Translations under genes and position numbers: made by a program
In this document: positions 36,122 to 45,662 of the stretch, in pieces
Numbering within the stretch: the stretch's first letter is position 1
How the letters are laid out: each line of letters opens with the position of its first letter
Source: Candidatus Levybacteria bacterium RIFCSPLOWO2_01_FULL_42_15
GTDB taxonomy: Bacteria > Patescibacteriota > Microgenomatia > Levybacterales > UBA12049
Assembly (NCBI GenBank): GCA_001784055.1
Contig: MFOZ01000019.1
Coordinates: 18,593 to 82,592, forward strand
Direction of reading: 5' to 3'
DNA length: 64,000 bases
The notes under the pieces: generated by a model
Databases searched by the model: none
What the model was told of the DNA's origin: nothing
What the model saw: only the letters and a program-made list of their open reading frames with translations

Positions 36122-37203
36122 AAGTTGTTGTATTTGCAGGTGGAGTCGGAACAAGGCTGTGGCCGCTATCAAGGAAAAACACTCCAAAACAATTTGAAAA
36201 AATTATTGGTGATAAATCTACCCTGCAACAAACGATAGATAGACTTAGTTCAGTCGTAGGTACGTCAGATATCTATATTTCTACGGGAAAACACTATGAA
36301 GAAACGGTACGTGGACAGCTTCCCCAAATCCCTCAAGAAAACTTTATTTTCGAGCCCCAAATGCGAGACGTAGGGCCTGCCATTGGCCTTGCGGCATTTC
36401 TTCTTGAAAAACGCTATCCTAATGAACCAATGGCAATATTGTGGAGCGATCACTACGTAAAAAATCTTGAATCTTTTAAGAAGGCGCTTGCTATGGCGCA
36501 GGACATAATTTCCGCAAAAAGGGGAAATTTTGTGTTTTTGGGACAAAAACCTCGATTTGCGAATCAAAATATCGGTTGGATAGAACTGGGAGAAAAAATA
36601 GATGAAAAAGAACAATTGTCTCTCTACGGTTTTAGGCATCTTAAGTATCGTCCTAAGCCTTCCGATGCCGTTTCTTTTTTTCAAAACAGCGGCACGTATA
36701 TATGGAATCTTGGATATTTTGTAACCACCCCCCGCTTTTTGATCCATCAATTCGGGATGTACGTGCCCGAAATGTACGCAAGTCTTCGTAAAATCCAGAG
36801 CGGGTGGGGGACAGAATCTTTTGAGAAAATACTTGGGGAAATATATCCTACCCTGGAGAAGATAAGCTTTGATGACGCAATTCTTGAGAAGCTGACATCT
36901 GAGGGCGTTTTTGTAGTAGCGGCTGACTTGCAGTGGAGCGATGTAGGAGCGTGGGAAGCCCTCAAGGAAGCTTTGAGTCAAACAGATGATGAAAATGTAA
37001 CTCGGGGCAAGGTAATGCTTGAGGACAGCAGGGATAGCCTTGCGTTTAATTATACAAATCAGCTATGCGTAGGGATTGACTTGAGCCAAATGCTTATAGT
37101 TTCAACAGAGGATGTCATATTGGTATGTCCTAAAACATCAGTTCCCAAGATTAAAAAATTAGTAGAGAAGCTGTCAGGAACTCCGAATGAGCACCTCACA
37201 TAA
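36118..37203 (+). CDS. manC: Mannose-1-phosphate guanylyltransferase (GDP-mannose pyrophosphorylase, no PMI domain)
   Basis: MKVVVFAGGVGTRLWPLSRKNTPKQF signature. 361 aa. Confidence 0.75.
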   Translation: MKVVVFAGGVGTRLWPLSRKNTPKQFEKIIGDKSTLQQTIDRLSSVVGTSDIYISTGKHYEETVRGQLPQIPQENFIFEPQMRDVGPAIGLAAFLLEKRYPNEPMAILWSDHYVKNLESFKKALAMAQDIISAKRGNFVFLGQKPRFANQNIGWIELGEKIDEKEQLSLYGFRHLKYRPKPSDAVSFFQNSGTYIWNLGYFVTTPRFLIHQFGMYVPEMYASLRKIQSGWGTESFEKILGEIYPTLEKISFDDAILEKLTSEGVFVVAADLQWSDVGAWEALKEALSQTDDENVTRGKVMLEDSRDSLAFNYTNQLCVGIDLSQMLIVSTEDVILVCPKTSVPKIKKLVEKLSGTPNEHLT

Positions 37204-37870
37204 CGCGCAATACAAAGAGGTTGAAAAGAGTACGCTTTATGAATACACAAAGCGATGTATTGACGTTGTTTTTTCTGTGACCCTTTTTATCTTGTTTTCC
37301 CCTATTCTCTGTATTCTTGCCATTGTCGTAAAGCTTGATTCAAAAGGGCCTGTTCTTGCCGATACTCCTGAAAGAGTTGGAAAAAGCGGAAAGTTGTTCA
37401 AAATGCATAAACTGCGCTCTATGGTTGAGAACGCGCACGAGCTCTTAAGAGAAAGCCCACAATTCCAAAAGTTATTTGAGACCTATAAAAAAGAAAGCTA
37501 TAAGTTGCGAAACGATCCTCGAATAACAGGAGTGGGTGGCTTTATCCGCAAGCATTCATTGGATGAGGTTCCGCAGCTCATAAATGTAATAAAAGGAGAA
37601 ATGAGCTTGGTTGGCCCCCGTGCATATTATCCCGATGAGCTTGTGGATCAACAAAGGAAATATCCGTACACAAAGCAAGCAGTAAAGATAGTGCTCTCGA
37701 TACGGCCTGGAATCACGGGTTTTTGGCAGGTTTCCGGAAGAAGCGAGGTAAATTTTGACAAGCGTATTCAGATGGATGCGAATTACGTAAAAAGACGTTC
37801 TATTCTTTATGACTTATGGATTATCGCAAAAACGCCTTGGGCAATGATTTCAGGCAAAGGCGCCCTGTAA
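37187..37870 (+). CDS. Small monotopic phosphoglycosyl transferase (PglC/WbaP C-terminal-domain-like bacterial sugar transferase), initiating enzyme
   Basis: Single N-terminal TM ([21 protein letters not shown]). Motifs KFRSM-like ([10 protein letters not shown]), DELPQL, SLVGPRA. Confidence 0.85.
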   Translation: MSTSHNAQYKEVEKSTLYEYTKRCIDVVFSVTLFILFSPILCILAIVVKLDSKGPVLADTPERVGKSGKLFKMHKLRSMVENAHELLRESPQFQKLFETYKKESYKLRNDPRITGVGGFIRKHSLDEVPQLINVIKGEMSLVGPRAYYPDELVDQQRKYPYTKQAVKIVLSIRPGITGFWQVSGRSEVNFDKRIQMDANYVKRRSILYDLWIIAKTPWAMISGKGAL

Positions 37871-37945
37871 ACCTTTAAAGGTTGAACCTTGCAAGAGGTA
37901 ATGGTGTTTGACTTTTATTGCTTATTGCCGATATGATAGTATGAT

Positions 37946-39937
37946 ATGGAAGAATTGCGTAAAATTGATTTAGAGAAAGAGTACGCGCCTGTTGCAAATA
38001 AACAACCGGTTCCTCGTCAGCCAATAGCTCTTCGAAATAACCTGCCAATACCCGTGAAAAAGTCAAAAAGAAGAACAGTTATACTCCTCATTTCTGCTTT
38101 TCTTATGGGATTTTTGATCATCGGCATTGGGCTTTCTGCTCAAAAAACATATTCTTCCGCACTTGCGACCTATAAGCAGGCAAAGCTTGCATGGAGTGCA
38201 ATCAAAAATCAAGATGTGGAACTTGCCGCGGGAGAACTTGCAAAAACAAAACAAGAGTTAGAAAAAACTCAAAAAAATCTTCAATCTTTTTCTTACGCCC
38301 GTTTTATCCCTCTTGTGGGAATCTACTACAGCGATGCGGATCATTTGATAAAAGCGGGGCTTCATGGTATTAATGCGGCAACAATCATAATTGATGCGGT
38401 TGCGCCTTATGTAGATGTCTTAGGGTTAAAAGGGAAAGGAAGTTTTGTCATGGGCCCTGCGGAAGAAAGGATTAAAACGGCGGTTCTTACCATGGGCAAA
38501 ATAACTCCTCGTGTTGATGAGCTGACAGATACTTTAATTTTGGCCCAACAGGAGGTTGATAAGGTTAATCCAAACAGGTATCCGGGCATATGGGGAATCA
38601 CAAAAATAAAAAAACAACTGACCACACTTCGTGAATCAGTGGATAGCGCGGTAGCATTCGCAGATGAAGCGCGTCCCTTAGTAAAAGTGCTTCCGTCTCT
38701 TTTAGGAGAATCGGAAGAAAAGAAATACCTCGTGCTCTTTCAAAATGATAAAGAGCTGCGGCCCACCGGAGGATTTATAACCGCATATGGCGTTTTTTCT
38801 GCGGACAAAGGAGTGATTCGGGCACAAGACTCAAGCGACATTTATAATCTTGATAATAGTATTCGCTCCAAACCAAAAGCACCGGAGCCCATTCTTAAAT
38901 ATCTTCCAAACGTGAATGTATGGCATTTGAGAGACACCAACCTCTCTCCCGATTTTGTGGAATCCATGCTTGCGTTTAACTCGTTATATAAAAAGGCTCC
39001 GGGTAACGTTGATGTAGATGGAATTATTGCCTTGGATACCCAAGTATTAGTTTCAACTATTAAGATTCTTGATGATGAGGTAGTGGCGGGAGGAATTACA
39101 TTTACCAGCAAAAATGATTCTCGTTGTGACTGTCCCCAGGTTATTTATGAGCTGGAAAGGCTTATTTCTACCCCCAAAAGCCTAGATTTGCGCGTAACTT
39201 CGCTTGTCCAAGTTCAAGCTCAGCGTAAAGACTTCTTGGGTGTTCTTCTTGATGCCATTATGCAAAAAGCTCTTAAATCTTCCCCAAAGTTATATTGGGG
39301 ACCATTGGTTCAGTCATTTATAACCCAAACGCATGAGAAGCACATACTCTTTTATCTATATGACAAGGAGGCCCAAAGGGGAGTGGAGGCGCTCAATGCG
39401 GCAGGAAGGATTAAGTTATTTGAAGGAGATTACCTGCACATAAACGACGCAAACTTTGGAGGAGCAAAGTCAAATTTATATGTTGAACAATCAGTTGATC
39501 AAAACATTGAGGCTTCAAACGATGGAGTGATTAAAAAGACCGTTACTATTAAGTATAAGAATCCGCGCTCTCCCTCCGATTGTAATCTGGAGCGCGGAAG
39601 ACTTTGTCTCAATGCAGTATTAAGAGATTGGGTGCGCGTATACGTTCCTAAAGGAAGCAGGCTTTTGGATAGCAAAGGGTCAGAAGTAAAAGTGACAAGC
39701 TACGAAGAGCTGAATAAAACCGTATTTGAAGGGTTTCTGACCGTCCGGCCGCTTGGCTTGGCAACGTATACGCTTACCTATCAACTTCCCTTTAAGGTGA
39801 AAAAGAACTCCCATCTTCCTCTTCTTGTTCAAAAACAGCCGGGGACTAATGCGAATCAATATACAATTAACGTAAACGAAAAAAAGGTAGAACAGTTTCC
39901 GCTTACAACAGACAGAGAGCTAAAACTTCAGTTATAA
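37946..39937 (+). CDS. DUF4012-family membrane-anchored extracytoplasmic protein
   Basis: N-terminal TM (VILLISAFLMGFLIIGIGL). Conserved core LVLFQNDKELRPTGGFITAYGVF typical of DUF4012. 663 aa. Confidence 0.6.
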   Translation: MEELRKIDLEKEYAPVANKQPVPRQPIALRNNLPIPVKKSKRRTVILLISAFLMGFLIIGIGLSAQKTYSSALATYKQAKLAWSAIKNQDVELAAGELAKTKQELEKTQKNLQSFSYARFIPLVGIYYSDADHLIKAGLHGINAATIIIDAVAPYVDVLGLKGKGSFVMGPAEERIKTAVLTMGKITPRVDELTDTLILAQQEVDKVNPNRYPGIWGITKIKKQLTTLRESVDSAVAFADEARPLVKVLPSLLGESEEKKYLVLFQNDKELRPTGGFITAYGVFSADKGVIRAQDSSDIYNLDNSIRSKPKAPEPILKYLPNVNVWHLRDTNLSPDFVESMLAFNSLYKKAPGNVDVDGIIALDTQVLVSTIKILDDEVVAGGITFTSKNDSRCDCPQVIYELERLISTPKSLDLRVTSLVQVQAQRKDFLGVLLDAIMQKALKSSPKLYWGPLVQSFITQTHEKHILFYLYDKEAQRGVEALNAAGRIKLFEGDYLHINDANFGGAKSNLYVEQSVDQNIEASNDGVIKKTVTIKYKNPRSPSDCNLERGRLCLNAVLRDWVRVYVPKGSRLLDSKGSEVKVTSYEELNKTVFEGFLTVRPLGLATYTLTYQLPFKVKKNSHLPLLVQKQPGTNANQYTINVNEKKVEQFPLTTDRELKLQL

Positions 39938-39945
39938 ATCTTCTT

Positions 39946-40482
39946 ATGAGAAGCTATACTGCCGAAGGGATTATAATCAGGCGAAGAAATATAGGGGAAG
40001 GGGACCGAATATTAACCGTGCTCACAAAAAAAAACGGGAAAATCCACATAAAAGCGGTTGGGGTAAGAAAGATAACGAGCAGACGTTCTCCTCATATTGA
40101 ACCTCTCAATCACGGCATATTTACTCTCTATAAACCTCCTAGGGGATATGCGATTCTTACAGAGGCAAATACGGTGAATACCTTTTCTCTCATAAAAAGC
40201 GATCTGAAACGAATTGGATACGCGTATCATCTTTGCGAGCTTATTGACAGCCTATGCGCGGAGAATTTCGAACAAGCGAATGTGTTTCTGCTTTTTAAGA
40301 ATGCGCTTACTCAATTGTCAACAGCCACAGATCTAAGCTTTATTTCGGTTTTTGAGAGAGAACTTTTGGTGCAATTAGGTTTTTATCCGCGTGAATCTCC
40401 GTTTGCTGACACGCAGTCTTTTATAGAAAGTATTTTAGAGAGGCGATTAAAAACAAAAAGATTTCTTCACCGATTTGCATGA
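39946..40482 (+). CDS. recO: DNA repair protein RecO (compact form)
   Basis: N-terminal OB-fold pattern (EGIIIRRRNIGEGDRILTVLTKKNGKI...AVG). 178 aa. Adjacent to glyQS, as in many bacteria. Confidence 0.55.
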   Translation: MRSYTAEGIIIRRRNIGEGDRILTVLTKKNGKIHIKAVGVRKITSRRSPHIEPLNHGIFTLYKPPRGYAILTEANTVNTFSLIKSDLKRIGYAYHLCELIDSLCAENFEQANVFLLFKNALTQLSTATDLSFISVFERELLVQLGFYPRESPFADTQSFIESILERRLKTKRFLHRFA

Positions 40483-40507
40483 GGAAAAAAAGTGTTATGA
40501 TACCGCT

Positions 40508-41893
40508 ATGGAAGAAAGCCTGCTAAATAATGTAATTGCTCTTTGTAAACGCAGGGGTTTCATGTTTGCCGGATCGGAAATTTATGGAGGTCTTGCAAAT
40601 ACCTACGATTTTGGGCCCTTAGGAGTTGAGATAAAAAACAATATTAAAAAGCTGTGGTGGAAACGTTTTGTTCAAAAAAGAAAGGACATATTCGGATTAG
40701 ATGGAGGAATTCTTCTCAATCGAAAAATTTGGGAAGCATCGGGACACACCGCCTCATTCCTTGACTATTTAGTTGAATGCAAGACGTGCCACAAACGGTT
40801 TCGAGTTGATCATATTGAGGGATTTCAACTCCAAAAAGACGGTACCGCAGAGTGTCAAAGTCTTCCTTCTTGTCCTTCCGGGGAAAAACATACACTGAAT
40901 GTTGAAATATTTCAGAAGAAAGAGGACGGGACCAGTATTATAAAACCGCGCAGGTTTAACGGGATGTTCAGAACCTATATAGGCGCAACAGAAGATTCGG
41001 ATGCGCTTGCCTATCTTCGTCCGGAAACAGCTCAAGCAATATTTACCAATTTTAAGAATGTAGTAAATGCTTTTTCTCCCTCCTTCCCTTTTGGTATTGC
41101 CCAAATTGGAAAAGCGTTTAGAAACGAGATTACCACGGGTTATTTTATTTTTAGAACGCTTGAGTTTGAACAGATGGAGATTGAGTATTTTATTAAGAAA
41201 GAGAATTGGGAAAATGTGTTCAAGATTTGGCAGGATGAAATGATGGATTGGGCAGTATTTGTGGGTATTGATAAAAGCAAATTGCGTTTTAGAGAGCATG
41301 ATGAACAGGAACGGTCCCACTACTCTAAGCGGACTGTTGATCTTGAATATCAGTTTCCAACCGGGTTTAAAGAAATGTATGGTCTTGCGTACCGCGGAGA
41401 CTTTGATTTGTCAAACCACTCAAAACATTCGGGCGTTGCATTATTATTCAAAGATAAAGAAACGAATGAAGAGTTTTTTCCTCATGTGGTTGAGCCCTCT
41501 TTTGGGGTGGAAAGAACACTTCTTCCTCTTCTTCTGGATGCGTATGCGCAGGAAGAGAAGCGAATTGTTATGCGGTTTGTTCCCCATATTGCTCCAGTAA
41601 AGGTTGCGGTATTTCCTCTTCTTGCAAACAAGGATGATCTTGTTGCGCTTGCTCATCAAACGTATGAGAATCTTAAGAAATCAATAGATGGGTTGATCAT
41701 GTTTGATGATCGAGGAAACATTGGGAAGCGGTATTTTTCCCAAGACGAGATAGGTACTCCTTTTTGCGTGACGGTTGACTTTCAGTCTTTGGAAGATAAT
41801 ACGGTAACCGTTAGAGATAGAGACACTACAAAACAAGAAAGAATATCCATAGGTAAACTTTCTGATTTTTTGATAAACAAGCTTTCTTCATGA
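40508..41893 (+). CDS. glyQS: Glycine--tRNA ligase (dimeric alpha2 type)
   Basis: RGFMFAGSEIYGGLANTYDFGPLGVE, class II motifs, C-terminal anticodon-binding domain. Start taken at the Met at 40508 (MEESLLNNV...); the ORF-track start at 40475 is also possible. Confidence 0.9.
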   Translation: MEESLLNNVIALCKRRGFMFAGSEIYGGLANTYDFGPLGVEIKNNIKKLWWKRFVQKRKDIFGLDGGILLNRKIWEASGHTASFLDYLVECKTCHKRFRVDHIEGFQLQKDGTAECQSLPSCPSGEKHTLNVEIFQKKEDGTSIIKPRRFNGMFRTYIGATEDSDALAYLRPETAQAIFTNFKNVVNAFSPSFPFGIAQIGKAFRNEITTGYFIFRTLEFEQMEIEYFIKKENWENVFKIWQDEMMDWAVFVGIDKSKLRFREHDEQERSHYSKRTVDLEYQFPTGFKEMYGLAYRGDFDLSNHSKHSGVALLFKDKETNEEFFPHVVEPSFGVERTLLPLLLDAYAQEEKRIVMRFVPHIAPVKVAVFPLLANKDDLVALAHQTYENLKKSIDGLIMFDDRGNIGKRYFSQDEIGTPFCVTVDFQSLEDNTVTVRDRDTTKQERISIGKLSDFLINKLSS

Positions 41894-43359
41894 GCAGGGA
41901 AATCCCTACTGCTGCCCCTACACACGAAAAACCTTACGATAATTGTTCGGTAGTGGGTGTATACTCTCATTCGACAGATGTAGTAGATACTGCGTATCAA
42001 GGTCTTGTTGAATCAAATCATAGAGGGCAAGAAGGATCAGGCATTGTCGTTGGGAGTAAAAGCAGATTTGCCATACAAAAAGATAGTGGACTTGCAGAGA
42101 TAGTATTTGGGGTCAAGCATAGTTTGCCTCGCGTAAAAAGGGCGTATGTGGCCATAGGGCATAATCGGTATTCCACATCTGGGTCTATTGCCGAGACACA
42201 ACCGTTTCTTGAAGATGGAATCGCAATCGCCCACAATGGAAATCTTACCAATATAACGACATTGAGAGAAAAATATAACTTGCCAGAAACAATAGAAGGT
42301 GCGTCAAGCGATACTCGAATGGCACTTGCGGTTATAAACCGAATGGAAGGAGACGAAATACACCGTATCGTTACGGCTCTTCCACAATTTGAAGGAGCGT
42401 ATAGTTTTGTGTTTGCTACCAAAAAAGGACTCGTTGCCGCAAGAGATCCTAAAGGATTTCGTCCGCTCTCGTTGGGTAAACTTAAAGGAGGAGATGGTTA
42501 TGTGGTTGCTTCGGAGACAAGCGCCTTTAATTCCATGGGAGCAGAGTTTGTGCGCGATGTGATGCCGGGAGAAACGCTTCTGATATCAAAAGAAGGTCTG
42601 CAAACCCTTGCGCTTCATAAAGAGTCACAACTTGCTCAATGTATCTTTGAGCTTATCTATATTGCTCGGCCCGATAGTGTAGTATTTGGGATTCCTGTCA
42701 TGGAGTTTCGGAAACGACAAGGGGCGATTTTGGCTCGTCATCTTCCCCCAAATATTGACGTCATTATGCCGGTTCCCCGATCAGGAATTTCCGCATCCTT
42801 AGGAGTAGCGGCTGATCATGTTTCAAGAGGGAGTACAATAGAATACTCAGAAGGATTATATACAAACCCTTATAGAGGAAAAAGAGATGGGCCGCGAACA
42901 TTTATTCGACCATCAGACAGAAGGATAGCGGCAACCAAAAAATATAGCGTAATTGAGTCCGAAGTGAGAGGGAAAAGAATAGCTCTTGTGGATGATTCTA
43001 TTGTAAGAGGATCCATAGAAATAATTGTACAAAAATTACGGGATGCTGGCGCGATAGAAGTACATTTACTTGTTGCATCTCCTCCTCTCAAGCACGCGTG
43101 CTATATGGGAGTTGACTTTGGGGATAACGAGTTAATAGCAAATCAATATCCAAATCAAGAGGAAAGAGCAAGGAAGCTTGGCCTTGACAGCTTATACCAC
43201 TTAAGTTATGCTGAATTGATGGAGGCTGCACTGGGAAATCCGGTTTCAAAACGCATTCAAAATCCTGCAACGCTTTTTGAGGAACACGGATACTGCGGAG
43301 CTTGTTTTACCGGAAGATACCCCATTTCTATAGAAGGAGTAATTAAGAAAATATCGTGA
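41890..43359 (+). CDS. purF: Amidophosphoribosyltransferase-like (class II glutamine amidotransferase + PRTase domain)
   Basis: Ntn-Cys block CSVVGVY...HRGQEGSGIV after a short N-terminal propeptide-like extension. C-terminal PRPP-binding motif ALVDDSIVRGS. Confidence 0.65.
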   Translation: MSREIPTAAPTHEKPYDNCSVVGVYSHSTDVVDTAYQGLVESNHRGQEGSGIVVGSKSRFAIQKDSGLAEIVFGVKHSLPRVKRAYVAIGHNRYSTSGSIAETQPFLEDGIAIAHNGNLTNITTLREKYNLPETIEGASSDTRMALAVINRMEGDEIHRIVTALPQFEGAYSFVFATKKGLVAARDPKGFRPLSLGKLKGGDGYVVASETSAFNSMGAEFVRDVMPGETLLISKEGLQTLALHKESQLAQCIFELIYIARPDSVVFGIPVMEFRKRQGAILARHLPPNIDVIMPVPRSGISASLGVAADHVSRGSTIEYSEGLYTNPYRGKRDGPRTFIRPSDRRIAATKKYSVIESEVRGKRIALVDDSIVRGSIEIIVQKLRDAGAIEVHLLVASPPLKHACYMGVDFGDNELIANQYPNQEERARKLGLDSLYHLSYAELMEAALGNPVSKRIQNPATLFEEHGYCGACFTGRYPISIEGVIKKIS

Positions 43360-43829
43360 AAAACCCCTATCTTGTTGCGTTTGGCATTATTTTGATTATT
43401 GTAATTCCCTTTGGGGTCTTTTTTGCCATCAATAGGACCCAAAAATCTCCATTGCCTAATTCGTCCTCTCAATCTTCCGAAGATACACAAGAAGAAATCC
43501 TCCCTCTTAATCCCGATGAGCTCAATTTGATTTTTGAGGCACGGCGAGATAAAAAAGCGGTGAAGTTTAGCATAGGAAACACAAAGGGAATCACTTCTAT
43601 TGAGTATGAGATAAGTTACCTTGCGGATGGGGAAATTCCAAGAGGAGCTATTGGACAAATTGAGGTAAACCCATCGGAAAGATCGGTTGCAACTAATTAT
43701 ATAGATTTAGGAACGTGTTCTTCAGGAAGGTGCAAATATGATGAAGGGGTTACTTCGGTTAAGCTCATTCTTAAAATTATAAAAACCGACGGAAAAATCT
43801 ATTCAGCGGAAAAAGAACTAGAGCTTTAA
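43356..43829 (+). CDS. Hypothetical membrane-anchored secreted protein with Cys pair (CSSGRC)
   Basis: N-terminal TM. No homology recognised. Confidence 0.35.
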   Translation: MKNPYLVAFGIILIIVIPFGVFFAINRTQKSPLPNSSSQSSEDTQEEILPLNPDELNLIFEARRDKKAVKFSIGNTKGITSIEYEISYLADGEIPRGAIGQIEVNPSERSVATNYIDLGTCSSGRCKYDEGVTSVKLILKIIKTDGKIYSAEKELEL

Positions 43830-43951
43830 TTCTTCATTCATTCCTCTCGTTCTCCATTTAGTGCTTTTTTCACATTGAATACGCTATCTAGGTTTCTTTG
43901 TGGCTTTTTGGGGCTTGACAATGTATGGCAAACTGTTCAAAATGGATTTAA

Positions 43952-43981
43952 GTGGGATAAAGTGGGATAAAGTGGAACAAA
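43952..43981 (+). promoter_or_regulatory. Putative MraZ operator: three 10-bp-phased direct repeats GTGGGATAAA / GTGGGATAAA / GTGGAACAAA, preceded by TTGACA-N17-CAAAAT promoter-like elements (43915-43943)
   Basis: Direct reading. MraZ in E. coli, B. subtilis and mycoplasmas binds tandem GTGG[G/T] direct repeats in its own promoter region. The repeats end 15 nt before the mraZ ATG. Confidence 0.55.
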
Positions 43982-43996
43982 AAGAAAGGCAGGGAT

Positions 43997-44443
43997 ATGA
44001 TGCTTCTTGGACAGTACGAAGCAAAATTAGGAGCAAAAAATAGAATAGCGTTCCCAAAAAAACTAAGAGCAATATTGGGAGACAAGCTTATCATCACGAA
44101 AGGATATGAAAACTCGCTCATTATTGTTTCCGAGAAAGGGTGGAAAGCACTTCTTGAAGGAACAGAGGGAAGGCCGTTTATCCATTCAGAAACCAGAGAT
44201 ACGCAACGATTCATCCTTGGAGGAGCAAGCTTCATGGAGCTTGATAGTAAAGGAAGGTTTATATTGCCTTTATACTTACGAAGCTTTGCAAGAATTAAAG
44301 AGGAAACGATATTCCTAGGCCTATCTCGCTACGTGGAAATGTGGGATAGAGATGTTTGGCTTGAATACACAAAGAACCTTGATAAGCATATTGGATTAAT
44401 TTCAGAGCGGCTGCTTAAGGGAACTGAAGAGAAAAGTGAATAG
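43997..44443 (+). CDS. mraZ: Transcriptional regulator MraZ
   Basis: Duplicated SpoVT/AbrB-like halves (AKLGAKNRIAFPKKLR...; ELDSKGRFILPLYLR). 148 aa. First gene of the dcw cluster. Confidence 0.9.
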   Translation: MMLLGQYEAKLGAKNRIAFPKKLRAILGDKLIITKGYENSLIIVSEKGWKALLEGTEGRPFIHSETRDTQRFILGGASFMELDSKGRFILPLYLRSFARIKEETIFLGLSRYVEMWDRDVWLEYTKNLDKHIGLISERLLKGTEEKSE

Positions 44444-45368
44444 CACATTTCATACGCCGGTACTTGTACAAGAGGTACTTTTATTTCTTGCCGTACAGAA
44501 GGATAAAACGTATATTGACGCAACGATAGGGGGAGGAGGACACGGGTTTGAGATTTTAAAACGAGACGGGATAGTTTTGGGGATAGACGTTGATGAAGAA
44601 GCAATTGATTACGTAAAGAAGATATTAAGAGATAAAGATATTAAGATATTGGGAGAGAAATATGACAGTTCACTTAATATCTCACTATCTCAATATCCTG
44701 GTATCACTTTAGTACGAGGAAATTTTAAAGACATAGCAAGGATTGTACAGGGAACAGAATTTGAGAGGGTAGAAGGAATTTTGTTTGACTTGGGAGTATC
44801 GAGCATGCAGTTGGATACTTCCAAAAGGGGATTCAGTTTTCAAAAAGAAGCTCCATTGGACATGCGCATGGATCAAAGGCTGCACGTTAAGGCGATGGAT
44901 CTTCTTAACGGATTAACAAAAAAGGAGTTATATGAATTATTTACTAAGTTTGGTGAAGAGCGTTTTGCTCACGCCATTTCTGGTGGTATTGTCAGCACCC
45001 GTGGAATAAAAAAAATTACCACAACCAAAGAATTGGCAATGTTAGTAGAGAAGATTGCGGGAAGAAGACATGACATCCATCCGGTAACAAAAGTATTTCA
45101 AGCCTTACGAATTGCGGTTAACGATGAGTTGCATAACCTAGAACTTGGCTTAACAGATTCCGTTGAGCTTCTTAACAAAAACGGAAAGCTTGTTGTTATA
45201 TCCTTTCACTCATTAGAGGATAGGATTGTCAAAAGAACATTTTTACGGTTTGAAAAAGAAGGGAGAGGAACGGTAATAACAAAGAAGCCGGTGCGCCCGA
45301 GCCAAAAGGAAGTTTTCTTAAACAGACGAGCAAGAAGCGCACTGCTTAGGGTATTTGCAAAAGCATAA
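44436..45368 (+). CDS. rsmH: 16S rRNA (cytosine1402-N4)-methyltransferase
   Basis: HTPVLVQEVL...YIDATIGGGGH; FDLGVSSMQLD; ISFHSLEDRIVK. Confidence 0.9.
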   Translation: MNSTFHTPVLVQEVLLFLAVQKDKTYIDATIGGGGHGFEILKRDGIVLGIDVDEEAIDYVKKILRDKDIKILGEKYDSSLNISLSQYPGITLVRGNFKDIARIVQGTEFERVEGILFDLGVSSMQLDTSKRGFSFQKEAPLDMRMDQRLHVKAMDLLNGLTKKELYELFTKFGEERFAHAISGGIVSTRGIKKITTTKELAMLVEKIAGRRHDIHPVTKVFQALRIAVNDELHNLELGLTDSVELLNKNGKLVVISFHSLEDRIVKRTFLRFEKEGRGTVITKKPVRPSQKEVFLNRRARSALLRVFAKA

Positions 45369-45377
45369 AAAACACGC

Positions 45378-45662
45378 ATGAAAATTATATATACGTCTTT
45401 TACTATATTGCTAGTAGTTATTGGCATGTTATCTATTGGTCAGGTTGTTATATCAAACTGGTTATCTACGACAGGTATTACGCTTGGCGCTATTGAGGAT
45501 GAGCTAAAACAATATAAAGAAAAAAATGCGCTTCTTGAAGAGAGGTTTTTGCATGCGTCCTCGCTTACTTCTATTGCATCAACAGCCGCAGAGCTTGGAT
45601 TTGTAGAAAAGAAATCTCGCATTGTTCTTACCGATTCCGTCCCACTTGCCCTTAAACGATAA
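45378..45662 (+). CDS. ftsL: Cell-division protein FtsL-like (single TM + coiled coil)
   Basis: 94 aa, one TM helix followed by a leucine-zipper-like segment. Conserved position between rsmH and ftsI. Confidence 0.5.
   Translation: MKIIYTSFTILLVVIGMLSIGQVVISNWLSTTGITLGAIEDELKQYKEKNALLEERFLHASSLTSIASTAAELGFVEKKSRIVLTDSVPLALKR

Noticed and set aside
36265-36981. 238-aa minus-strand ORF antisense to manC
   Set aside because: Fully embedded in the ManC coding region, which has a clear nucleotidyltransferase signature on the + strand. The antisense product is low-complexity with no recognisable domain.
37871-37945. Palindrome acctttaaaggt (37871-37882) downstream of the PglC-like gene as a possible terminator
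   Set aside because: A perfect 12-bp palindrome, but with no loop and no T-tract. It is more likely a chance or restriction-site-like palindrome. The adjacent TTGACT-N18-TATGAT promoter for the DUF4012 gene is the better-supported feature.
40769-41320. 183-aa minus-strand ORF inside glyQS
   Set aside because: Antisense to a highly conserved aminoacyl-tRNA synthetase. No motifs. A typical shadow ORF in AT-rich DNA.
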